DNA of 32,000 nt, from positions 5,062 to 37,061 of the forward strand of contig JADGBR010000027.1 of assembly GCA_015231405.1 (NCBI GenBank), written 5' to 3'. A program made the translations under genes and the position numbers. The stretch is from Candidatus Omnitrophota bacterium. GTDB lineage: Bacteria > Omnitrophota > Gorgyraeia > Tantalellales > Tantalellaceae. This document shows, piece after piece, positions 13,838 to 22,206 of the stretch (positions within the stretch are counted from its first letter, which is position 1; every line of letters begins with the position of its first letter). Below the pieces are notes generated by a model. The model did not search any database. It was not told the origin of the DNA and was given only the letters and a program-made list of their open reading frames with translations.

Positions 13838-14617
13838 ATGAAGAACTCAAATGACGAGTCTTTCGCCATGAGCGGGGCCGTGGTATGCGACAAATGCGGA
13901 CGGGATCATCCCGTGGATCTCTGGGCAATAATAGACGCCGAGGCGAGGCCGGATCTTTTGGCTAAAATGGCCGTTAATACGCTGAACGTAGTAACATGCC
14001 CGCATTGTGAGGGAAGAGGTCATATCGGCGGGCCTTTATTCGTTATTTTCCCAAAAGTGGAACCGCCCAAACCATTCACCCGGACGGTCGGTGTGGAATG
14101 CGGGAAAGACAAGTATTGGATGACTGATGAGGATGCCGTGAACGCCTTGTTCGGGGCGCTTGTCGATGAACGCGGGGAAGAGTGGGTCGACAAGCATTTG
14201 AGCCCGCCTTTTTCCATGACGAGGCCCGATGTTTTAATAAAGACTCTGCTGGACGCATGGAAACCCGTAGCGTCTCCCGATAACGGCGCCGAGAAACTCC
14301 GGCAAAGCGCCTCGGACCGTATCGCCGGGATGAAAGCGAGAAGCGCCAATAACGCTCTCGACCCGTTTTATACCGACACTTTTACCGGATACAATATGGC
14401 CGCGTGGTCCGAGCATGGCTACGCCCTGGCCTTAAAACTCGTAGAACTCTCACCGTCCCGCGGCGATGAAACTGCGCGGAATTACGCTGACCGTATTATC
14501 GGGCATCTGAAAGCGATAAAGAAGGAATATTCCGACGACCCGGCCGACCAGGACGGCGGCGGCGCCGGAGCTTTTCAAAGCGCGATAATGGCCGTCGATG
14601 AACTGGCTGGGAAATGA
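13838..14617 (+). CDS. CpXC-type zinc-ribbon domain protein with a helical C-terminal region
   Basis: The N-terminus VVCDKCGRDHPVDLWAIIDAEARPDLLAKMAVNTLNVVTCPHCEGRGHIGGPLFVIF has two CxxC pairs (the second is CPHC) separated by about 35 aa, as in the CpXC family. The RBS is GAAGGAA. Confidence 0.6.
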   Translation: MKNSNDESFAMSGAVVCDKCGRDHPVDLWAIIDAEARPDLLAKMAVNTLNVVTCPHCEGRGHIGGPLFVIFPKVEPPKPFTRTVGVECGKDKYWMTDEDAVNALFGALVDERGEEWVDKHLSPPFSMTRPDVLIKTLLDAWKPVASPDNGAEKLRQSASDRIAGMKARSANNALDPFYTDTFTGYNMAAWSEHGYALALKLVELSPSRGDETARNYADRIIGHLKAIKKEYSDDPADQDGGGAGAFQSAIMAVDELAGK

Positions 14618-14686
14618 TGACCACGACATGAGTTCGTGATCCGTCGTTAGCGGTCAGTATGGAAATTGGTCTTATACCCGGACCCA

Positions 14687-17600
14687 TTAGCTCCAGGGTA
14701 TATCCACGGGAAGGGAAGGCTGGTCTTTCCAAATGGTCAATTGATCGAGTTCGGGTGTGTCTTCGCGGTTGTTCAGGGCCTTGTAGAGAAGCGTAACGAA
14801 GTTGAGGTCCCGAGCCGATATACGGGGACGAAGATGGTCGAGGAAGTCGCCGATATCCCAGAATTGAGTGATATTGGCTTTGTCTCCAGGAGGGTCTCCC
14901 TGTCTAAGAGCCCGGATCCGGCCTATGTATGGCTCCATGGGCTCGTTTTGGAGTAACGCCGCGGCGGATCTCACGAAGAGTATCCGTTGACTTGTGATAT
15001 CGTGTCCCGAAGCCAGTTTGATAGTCCAGGCGCGTGATAACAGCTCACGGGCTTCGGCGTATCCTTCCTTCATGACGAGCACTATCGAGAGGTTGTTCAT
15101 CCGGTGCGCTATTTTTGGGTCGGAGGGTTCACGGGAGGACTCGTCATGGCTCAATGCTTCGCGTAATAGCCTCTCGGCTTCGTCGAGCCGGCCGATTTTC
15201 CGGGCGCTTAAGGCTTCGTTATTCAGGGCTACCGCCCGGCCCCAGCTTGCTTCGGTCGTCGACATTTTTATGTCTCCGGGGACATCGGCACTATCAGATA
15301 TGCCGAGGATCGTGGAATTAAGCTGGGAAGGATCGCCGGTCTCGAGATATTTGGCAAGGTCAGGGTGAAATCTGTATTCCTGCTTGAACCATGTAGCAAG
15401 GGTCATACAGTAAATGATCTGGCGTAGCGGTCCGAAGAGCCGGGATCCCGTTAAGGACCTTTGGATGGTGGGGACGATGTGTTTTTGGAACGCGTTATTG
15501 AGGCGGTCTATCGATCCTTCCGGAGCGATTCGATGAGTGCGCGGTAAATGCCATTCCCAGAACACATCAAGAGGCGCCTTTGTGACGGACGCGTGATTCT
15601 CTCCGGGAGTGATGAGGTCGGATAATCTGCCTTCCGGAGTACCTGTGTATACCTGAGCACAGGCCGGAGAGATAAAAATATCGATCGGGAACTCATGTGG
15701 ATCCGTTCCGGCGAAGGTCGCAGCCGGGTTAACATCGCTCCTGAAGGCCTTTCCGGCGGGATTGTCCCCGGAAAGCGCGGCCGAGACGAATTCGCTTAAA
15801 ACCTGTCCCTGTTCGGCCAGCATTGACCCGAGTTTTGATCCGCGAAGCTGCGGAGGCATTTCCGAATCGGACGCCGCCCATTGATCTTCCTCGTTCACCG
15901 AGATAGCGGCCAGAAATATATCCACAAGTGACCGTGTGTCTTTTTGTCTATTACCGCTCCAGTCCTTATCCGATCCGGTATCAATGATAAAATTCCAGTT
16001 CAGTTTATCGCTGTCCTGTATCGATACGCCGGTTATCATAGGCGGATGCCAGGGTTCCGGGTCTTTCGCGGTCAGTTCATCGGAAATTTCCCGCGCGTGT
16101 GTGGGCGAAGAGAGTACGGCCGGGTGAGTATCGGAGAATTTAGCCCGGGCTTCGAGGATCCGGAGTTTTCTGCGGAGGCGCCGTTCGGGCTGTTTTTTTA
16201 GTTCGTCGGTACCCCACTGGGGCCTATTCACCAGGGTCAATTTCGCGTATTGGCGTTTAGCTTCGGTCAGTTTATGGACGCTAAGGAGGAATTCAGAGAA
16301 ACGTTCAAGCACCGTTTCCTTGAACGGATGCTCGTCAGGAAATACGGACAAACGTTTTATGGCGTCCTCAAAATAACGTTCGGCGCCGTTAAGGTCGCCT
16401 TTTTTAGTCAACAGTTCCGCTAATTGGGTGCGGCAGATGATGGCTAATTGAGGTTTGACGGTGTGTTTCCCGTCCTCGGTCGAAAGTTCCACGGCTTTCC
16501 GGAGCAGTTTTTCACCTTCAACAAGGTCTCCTGCCGATGTGACCAATATCGACAGATTGTTCAGCGGTTTAGCGAAATCGCTTCGCCTGACGGTGGCGTG
16601 ATGCGACTCATAGATGGCGATGGCGCGGCGGTAGCAGTTCTCCGCTTCGTTCTTTTCGCCCAGATCACTATGAGCCAGCCCGAGGTAGTTGAGCGCGCTT
16701 GCTGCGTTCGGGGTGTCTTTCCCGTCAGAGCTCTCGAATATCTCGAACGCGCGGCGGAAAGCCTCGAGGGCTTCTTTTGGCCGTTTGAGCGCGCGAAGCG
16801 ACTCTCCGCGGTTGATGTGCTTGTTGGCGGTATCGGTGGTCCCTTCAAAACCAGGTGAACGGGAGATAACATTTAGTGTTGACTCTTCCATGGCAAGAGA
16901 TAGAACGTGGAGGCCTTTGCCGAACAAAAGAGTGCCGATGGAGGTCATTAGCGCCGGGTTAGACGGCAGTTTGTCGTCGGAAACGAAGGATCCGATCAGG
17001 AACTCGGCGTGAGGGCGGAGCACATCCCAGACGGCCCATGTCCTGGGACTTTCCGATGTTTCCTCCGGGGCGTATTTCGAGACGAGCGCCTGTACGCGTC
17101 CGTGCCAGAGTGGCAGGAGCTCCGAACTCATATGGTTCCTCATTATACGTTGTTCCATCCGATGGATGCTGAAAAACCCGTCGCCGCGGGATATCAGCGA
17201 ATATCGTCCGAGTTCTGCCAGGGCGTCGGGAACGGTCTGGCCGGTCCTGGTCTCGCCGGACCCTTCGCACCATAATGTCACGAGCGCCAACGTTTCGTTA
17301 GGGCAGGCCTCGAACATCGCTATCGGGATCGGGTCGGGAGCGAGAAATGCCGATCCCCTTAGTATTGCCTTGGCTTCGGGGGAAAGCCTGTCAAAAGAGA
17401 GGAAAAAAGTTGTGGCAACGGTCTTGATCAGGGCTTTGCGGGCCGCTTTAGCCTCGGGCGTTGAGGGCCCTCTGTCATCCTTGTCAAGTTCGGTCTCGTA
17501 TTCGATAGCGGTGTGATCGTGATAGGCTAGCAGTCGTTCAAAATGACGTTCAAAATCGTCCAGATACGCCGCGAATCCCATATGATGATGTTGCATATAG

Positions 17601-18718
17601 GCCGTGGCGTGGGTTAGGGCGAGCGGAAGATTGCCGAGACGTTCTGCGAGCGTTCTTGCCTGTAGCTTATCTCCCTCTTTTGGCATCCGCCACGCGGCCG
17701 TGGATTCGACAAGGAGCGCTACGGCATTTTCAGTCGAAAGAACGTCAAGCGGCAGTGGGCGGACACCGCGGCCCCACTCCGTTACGCGCGATGTTATCAG
17801 TACATGCCCGCCGCGGAGTTTGGCGACCAGAGATTTAACCGCTCTCACGCTTTCGTCGGTATCCACATTATCAATGATGAGAAGCCAGCCTTTATTCTGC
17901 TGAAGCCACCGTATGACCGCGTCACGCTGCTCGTCCTGGTTTATAGACCTATATTCGGGAAGGTCCAGACAATCACCTGGCCGGCAGAGAGAGGCTAGAT
18001 TGGAATCAAGGTCTTCGGGCCTGTTGGCTGAGACAAATAGGCACGCGGTGAAGTCATTCTGATGTCTCCAGGCGTATTCTATAGCGAGACGGGTTTTGCC
18101 TATTCCGCAGAGGCCGTGGATAATATGCGGTTGGAGCAATGCGGCTGAGCCGTGTTTCCGGAGCTCACGGTCGATCTCCGCGAGCGTTTCTTCCCGGCCT
18201 TTGAATAACTCGGCCAGAGAGCTGAACGGGAGATTCCAAGGGATACGTCCGGGGTTTATGAGCTTATGTACCTGCCGGCAGACGTCGAGCAGCGTAGCGT
18301 TCAGCGACGGTTCTTGGAGTTTTTCGAGAGGCGTAGCCGTAGCGGCGGCGGCCTGTATATCTGTGATCGGTCGAAGTTCCGGGGGGGCGAGAGGTCCGTC
18401 AAAAGTCCCGGAAAGCGGTATCCATACGACGGTCAGGCCGTCCTTAGCCGCCTCGATAATGCGCGGCAGCTCCTCACGCATGATAAAATCTGACGCGAGG
18501 AAGTTGGGAGATATAAGGAGTAAAGCGACGCGGGCGTGCCTGACGGCTTCGTCTATCTCAATGCGCCAGCGGTCTCCGGTCTCGATCCGCCGGTCGTCCC
18601 AGTAATCAAGCCTTCCGTTTCGGATATCGGGCGCGAAATGTTCGCGCAGCTTGTCCAGCCACGCGGCGTCCTTGTGGCTGTAGCTTACGAACACTTGTGT
18701 GCGGTAGGAAATAGGCAT
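14687..18718 (-). CDS. TIR - NB-ARC (STAND NTPase) - TPR protein with an internal unrecognised ~250-aa domain
   Basis: - TIR: VFVSYSHKDAAWLDKLREHF...ALLLISPNFLASDFIMREEL.
- NB-ARC: P-loop GLCGIGKT, Walker B LLIIDNVD, VLITSR, LGNLPLAL, MHD-equivalent SIHRMEQ.
- TPR: TPR_12-like repeats (ALNYLGLAHSDLGEKNEAENCYRRAIAIYE and others), then an unknown domain, then further TPR-like repeats.
- Start: the track ORF extends to 19042, but that 108-aa extension overlaps the divergent gene. The ATG at 18718 (MPISYRTQVFVSYSHKD) is the likely start. Confidence 0.88.
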   Translation of the reverse strand: MPISYRTQVFVSYSHKDAAWLDKLREHFAPDIRNGRLDYWDDRRIETGDRWRIEIDEAVRHARVALLLISPNFLASDFIMREELPRIIEAAKDGLTVVWIPLSGTFDGPLAPPELRPITDIQAAAATATPLEKLQEPSLNATLLDVCRQVHKLINPGRIPWNLPFSSLAELFKGREETLAEIDRELRKHGSAALLQPHIIHGLCGIGKTRLAIEYAWRHQNDFTACLFVSANRPEDLDSNLASLCRPGDCLDLPEYRSINQDEQRDAVIRWLQQNKGWLLIIDNVDTDESVRAVKSLVAKLRGGHVLITSRVTEWGRGVRPLPLDVLSTENAVALLVESTAAWRMPKEGDKLQARTLAERLGNLPLALTHATAYMQHHHMGFAAYLDDFERHFERLLAYHDHTAIEYETELDKDDRGPSTPEAKAARKALIKTVATTFFLSFDRLSPEAKAILRGSAFLAPDPIPIAMFEACPNETLALVTLWCEGSGETRTGQTVPDALAELGRYSLISRGDGFFSIHRMEQRIMRNHMSSELLPLWHGRVQALVSKYAPEETSESPRTWAVWDVLRPHAEFLIGSFVSDDKLPSNPALMTSIGTLLFGKGLHVLSLAMEESTLNVISRSPGFEGTTDTANKHINRGESLRALKRPKEALEAFRRAFEIFESSDGKDTPNAASALNYLGLAHSDLGEKNEAENCYRRAIAIYESHHATVRRSDFAKPLNNLSILVTSAGDLVEGEKLLRKAVELSTEDGKHTVKPQLAIICRTQLAELLTKKGDLNGAERYFEDAIKRLSVFPDEHPFKETVLERFSEFLLSVHKLTEAKRQYAKLTLVNRPQWGTDELKKQPERRLRRKLRILEARAKFSDTHPAVLSSPTHAREISDELTAKDPEPWHPPMITGVSIQDSDKLNWNFIIDTGSDKDWSGNRQKDTRSLVDIFLAAISVNEEDQWAASDSEMPPQLRGSKLGSMLAEQGQVLSEFVSAALSGDNPAGKAFRSDVNPAATFAGTDPHEFPIDIFISPACAQVYTGTPEGRLSDLITPGENHASVTKAPLDVFWEWHLPRTHRIAPEGSIDRLNNAFQKHIVPTIQRSLTGSRLFGPLRQIIYCMTLATWFKQEYRFHPDLAKYLETGDPSQLNSTILGISDSADVPGDIKMSTTEASWGRAVALNNEALSARKIGRLDEAERLLREALSHDESSREPSDPKIAHRMNNLSIVLVMKEGYAEARELLSRAWTIKLASGHDITSQRILFVRSAAALLQNEPMEPYIGRIRALRQGDPPGDKANITQFWDIGDFLDHLRPRISARDLNFVTLLYKALNNREDTPELDQLTIWKDQPSLPVDIPWS

Positions 18719-18859
18719 ATATTGCGATAAATATACCACCGTAGGGAATGCGGGGTCAACAAGATACTCCTCTATCCTGTATATTATCGTTGATTCGTTC
18801 GGGAAATATGCTATTTTAGTGTTGTTGAGATGCTGCTTAAAGCCATCATAAGGAGTGAT

Positions 18860-20095
18860 ATGGGAATAAGGCCGAAACATATTGTTATAATTGCCGTGAT
18901 ATTGGTCTTCGCCGCCTTTGCCGGGTACGCTGGCATGGTGTGGAGCTATATGTACCGCGGGCACATGCTGGTCCAGAAGGGAGACTACGATGGGGTTGTG
19001 AAGGCGCTTTCCAAGGCTGTCAGGCTGGCGCCGAATAACCATTTAACGTACTGGGGCAGAGGTGACGCTTTACTTGCGCAAGGAATGTATATGGAGGCGG
19101 CCCGGGATTATGAAAAGGTCCTTGAGTTATATAGATCTTTCAGGCCATCGGTAAAAAAGAACTTTCTCGATAAAATAGCGCTTTCAAAAACCGGCGGTAA
19201 CGGTATCGTAAGGGAATATTATCCCGGTGGAGAGGTAAGAAGGGAGTTGACGTTCGTCAATGGCCGGCAGAACGGGATATCCAGGATGTATTTTCCGTCG
19301 GGAAAGGTCATGTCCGAGGTAGAGTTCAGGGATAATGCGATCGACGGTGCTTTCGAAAGATATTTTGAGGACGGCAAAACTGAAATGGAAGGTAGTTTTC
19401 TCGCCGGGAAAATGAACGGCGCGGCTAAAATGTACTATCCGGGAGGCGTATTGAAGTCCGAAGGGAATTTCGATGCCGGAGAGATGGAAGGGGTCTTCAA
19501 AGCTTATTACAGGAACGGTAACCTAAGAAGCGTATCGGATTATAAGGACGATCTCCCGAACGGCACACACAAGTCATATTATCAAAGCGGAGCTTTTAAG
19601 GGTGAAATGAGCGCCAGGAACGGCAACGCCGACGGCGTATCTTCCGAATATCACGAGAACGGCGAACTTGTTTATAAATGGAATTATTCGGACGGCGCGT
19701 GGGACCCGGCGAATATCGTCGTCTTCGATAAGAAGGAGAAGCTTGTAACGACTTATTTTAAAAGCGGCGGCATTGAATCGGAAATACCGTATATAGGCGG
19801 CAAGATCGAGGGTAAGGTCATGGGATACTACGAGGGTGGGGTGCTTAGAGACGAGTCTCTGTATAAGGAAGGCAGGCCCGACGGCGTCGGGATGACATAC
19901 GATGAGGACGGGAAGTTATACAGTAAGTCCTTCTATCGGGGCGGTGTTTGTGACGGTGAATGGTTTTATTATTCGGAAACCGGAACGGCCAAGTCAAAGG
20001 TATCGTTCAAGAACGGCAAATTCGTGAAACTTGAAACATTTGATCCTTCGGGCAGGATAACTAAGACAATTAAGCCTCCGGAGAATATTCAGTAA
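18860..20095 (+). CDS. Membrane-anchored TPR + MORN-variant (YwqK-like) repeat protein
   Basis: There is one N-terminal TM helix (IVIIAVILVFAAFAGYAGMVW) and a TPR (GDYDGVVKALSKAVRLAPNNHLTYWGRGDALLAQGMYMEAARDYEKVLEL). About ten repeats of the G-x-x-x-x-Y-Y-x-x-G type follow (REYYPGGEVRRELTFVNGRQNGISRMYFPSGKV...). The ATG at 18860 is preferred, with AAGGAG 4-5 nt upstream. The track start is 18830. Confidence 0.75.
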   Translation: MGIRPKHIVIIAVILVFAAFAGYAGMVWSYMYRGHMLVQKGDYDGVVKALSKAVRLAPNNHLTYWGRGDALLAQGMYMEAARDYEKVLELYRSFRPSVKKNFLDKIALSKTGGNGIVREYYPGGEVRRELTFVNGRQNGISRMYFPSGKVMSEVEFRDNAIDGAFERYFEDGKTEMEGSFLAGKMNGAAKMYYPGGVLKSEGNFDAGEMEGVFKAYYRNGNLRSVSDYKDDLPNGTHKSYYQSGAFKGEMSARNGNADGVSSEYHENGELVYKWNYSDGAWDPANIVVFDKKEKLVTTYFKSGGIESEIPYIGGKIEGKVMGYYEGGVLRDESLYKEGRPDGVGMTYDEDGKLYSKSFYRGGVCDGEWFYYSETGTAKSKVSFKNGKFVKLETFDPSGRITKTIKPPENIQ

Positions 20096-20097
20096 AA

Positions 20098-20817
20098 ATG
20101 AAAATAATGTTTAAGCCATTAGTTATGTTCGTGATGGTCGCTCTTTGGCCATCCATTTGCATTCCAGAGGAAGAACTTCCCGATAACCCGGAAGACATAG
20201 ACACGATCCTCGCCACGGCCCCCGATAAGATCTCCGAGGTGGAGTTCTACCGGTATGAGGACGAGATCATCCGGGGTTTCTCCGGTTCCGCGGGTTATCT
20301 TCTCGAGGAAGAGGAAATAGTATGGATCCTGAAAGCCGAAGCCGCACTCCGGTCAAAAGGGATCGAACTGAAAGAATCTAGGAACAGACACTTCGTCATC
20401 GCCCATTCATATCTTAACCTCCGGATGTTCGATAAAGCGCTCGCGGAATTTAAAGGCATAAAGGACCGTGAAGGTGAAGAACTCGCCGAATGGCTCATCG
20501 ATAATCACGGCATAAAGAACGGCCCCGTAAAGATCAGGGAATATCCCGGCGAGATCCCCTGTTCAGCCTCGGAGACCGCGAAAACCGAAGACGGCCGCTA
20601 CAAATACGCGGCGTATCTCAAAGGCCCTGTTTACAGGTATGATAAGGATCAAAACACCCACGCGCTGATCTATATGCCGGAAGACAAGTATAACTGGTGC
20701 GAGGGCCTGGCCGTTGCTGGAGGGGGCCTCGCTATGACGCTTAGAGAAAACGCAGACGAGTTAGTTTTCAATAATGAGAACTCTTCGATAGTTCAAGAGA
20801 GGGTATCGCAATACTAA
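20098..20817 (+). CDS. Hypothetical secreted protein
   Basis: It has a signal-peptide-like N-terminus (MKIMFKPLVMFVMVALWPSICIPEE) and no motif I recognise. A 2-nt gap after the upstream gene suggests co-transcription. Confidence 0.6.
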   Translation: MKIMFKPLVMFVMVALWPSICIPEEELPDNPEDIDTILATAPDKISEVEFYRYEDEIIRGFSGSAGYLLEEEEIVWILKAEAALRSKGIELKESRNRHFVIAHSYLNLRMFDKALAEFKGIKDREGEELAEWLIDNHGIKNGPVKIREYPGEIPCSASETAKTEDGRYKYAAYLKGPVYRYDKDQNTHALIYMPEDKYNWCEGLAVAGGGLAMTLRENADELVFNNENSSIVQERVSQY

Positions 20818-20980
20818 ACGAAAAAGTACTTGCGTTTAGTTGTAGAGTAGTAAGACGGCAGATCCAATTCCACTCAAATAAAGGACTTCCGAAACAAATG
20901 CTTATAGAGGATATCCACACCTTGACCTGTCACCGTCATGGATCCGCCAGGTATTTTTAGGTTATTGCGCGAGGGGTGAA

Positions 20981-21134
20981 GGCGTGAAGGAGATGGGGTT
21001 CTTCGTACGGCACTTTGCCGCCCCGGCATCCAAAGTAGCCTTGTGCGTGGACCTTGCAAATATTAGAATGAAGACCTCTTACCGAACTAGAAGTTTGCAA
21101 AGTGCCGGTAGAAGGTTCCCATCTCCTTCACGCC
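20981..21134. repeat. 154-nt long imperfect inverted repeat (MITE-like element or structured RNA)
   Basis: The left arm GGCGTGAAGGAGATGGG-GTTCTTCGTA-CGGCACTTTGC (20981-21018) pairs with the right arm GCAAAGTGCCG-GTAGAAGGTT-CCCATCTCCTTCACGCC (21097-21134). That gives 17 bp plus 11 bp of perfect pairing around a symmetric 10-nt bubble, with a 78-nt interior. Confidence 0.6.
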
Positions 21135-21272
21135 ATCGCGACGAGAAGCAAGGAACTCTTTGAAAGTCAGCAAGGTTCTTGACAGTATCAAACGATAAAT
21201 ATTAGTTTTGCGGCAAGGGGTAAACGTGTAAAATATATAAAACGTCTGGTTGAAACGTGAACAATCAAAGCG

Positions 21273-22205
21273 GTGGCACAAACTAAAGCTAATCAAAGGC
21301 AGGAAATAATGGAAAAGAAAAAAGTGCAGTTGAACAATAAGCTGGTGTGGCCGAGCGAACCTTACAAGCCTGATACGGGGATGATGCCTGAGTTCGTCGG
21401 GAGGGAGAGCGAGATGGAGCTTATCATGGCGGCGTGGATAGCGGGTAAGAGGACACTGCCGTTATCTCCGGTGCTTGTCGGTGAGCCCGGCGTCGGGAAG
21501 AATAGGATCGTATATGAGCTCGCGCGGTTTACCGGACGTGACATTTATCTTTTTCAGGGGCATGAAGATATTACCGCGGAGGATCTCGCCTGTACTGTCC
21601 GGTTCAGCGACGATAAGGCTAATATGATGGAATATGTCCTTTCGCCGCTTGTTTGCGCCATGCTTAACGGGGGGATATTCTTTTTGGATGAGATAGGGAA
21701 GATCCGTCCTCGGGCACTCGCGCTTCTCGTCAGTGTCCTCGACGAACGGCGTTATATCGATTCGACGCTTCTTGGCGAGAGGGTCTACGCCCAGCCGGGG
21801 TTCAGGTTCATAGCGGCGACTAATACAGGCGAAGTGAGCCTCCTTCCCGAGTTCATCAGGTCGCGCGTGAGGCCCGTTATCAAGATCGGGTATCCGCCGC
21901 GCGTGGAGATCGAGGAGATCATCAGCCGGCAGTTCAAGCCGAGGATGGACAACCTTGCGACTCTTATTGAAAAGTTCTGGGCGTTGTGGGATGAAAGGAT
22001 CAAGGATAAGATACCGCCGACGCCGAGGGACGCTATAGCGGTGTTCAGCCTGGCTTCCAGTATAAGCGATTTTGAGAGCCGCGGGGGTTCGGAAAAACTG
22101 AAGAGCGCGATAAAGGCCGACGCTTTTACGCTGGAAGCCGGCGACAAGCCGCAGGCTGTATCGTCAAAGCATCTCGAAAAGGCGTTAAGGAAATTATACG
22201 ATTAA
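21273..22205 (+). CDS. MoxR-like AAA+ ATPase (AAA_5 / CbbQ-NorQ-like)
   Basis: It has Walker A VLVGEPGVGKN (unusual Asn after the Lys), Walker B GGIFFLDEIG, sensor-1 FRFIAATN, and LPEFIRSRV. The track start at 21273 is GTG. The ATG at 21309 (MEKKKVQ) is an alternative. Confidence 0.8.
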   Translation: MAQTKANQRQEIMEKKKVQLNNKLVWPSEPYKPDTGMMPEFVGRESEMELIMAAWIAGKRTLPLSPVLVGEPGVGKNRIVYELARFTGRDIYLFQGHEDITAEDLACTVRFSDDKANMMEYVLSPLVCAMLNGGIFFLDEIGKIRPRALALLVSVLDERRYIDSTLLGERVYAQPGFRFIAATNTGEVSLLPEFIRSRVRPVIKIGYPPRVEIEEIISRQFKPRMDNLATLIEKFWALWDERIKDKIPPTPRDAIAVFSLASSISDFESRGGSEKLKSAIKADAFTLEAGDKPQAVSSKHLEKALRKLYD

Positions 22206-22206
22206 A

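Noticed and set aside
18719-19042. A 108-aa N-terminal extension of the TIR-NB-ARC-TPR ORF (track start 19042).
   Set aside because: The extension overlaps the divergent TPR/MORN gene and its RBS, is low-complexity, and precedes the TIR domain. TIR domains normally begin within a few residues of the start, so the ATG at 18718 fits better.
20981-21134. A 6S RNA, RNase P, tmRNA or SRP RNA assignment for the long hairpin.
   Set aside because: I could not find any of the conserved sequence blocks of those RNAs. Only the generic stem-bubble-stem shape resembles 6S, which is insufficient. It is kept as an unclassified repeat or structure.
20874-21296. Minus-strand ORFs 20874..21059 (61 aa) and 21087..21296 (69 aa) in the large intergenic gap.
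   Set aside because: They have no RBS and an odd composition (Arg/Ser/Pro-rich or Phe/Cys-rich). Each is largely encoded by the arms of the 154-nt inverted repeat or by the promoter region of the MoxR-like gene.
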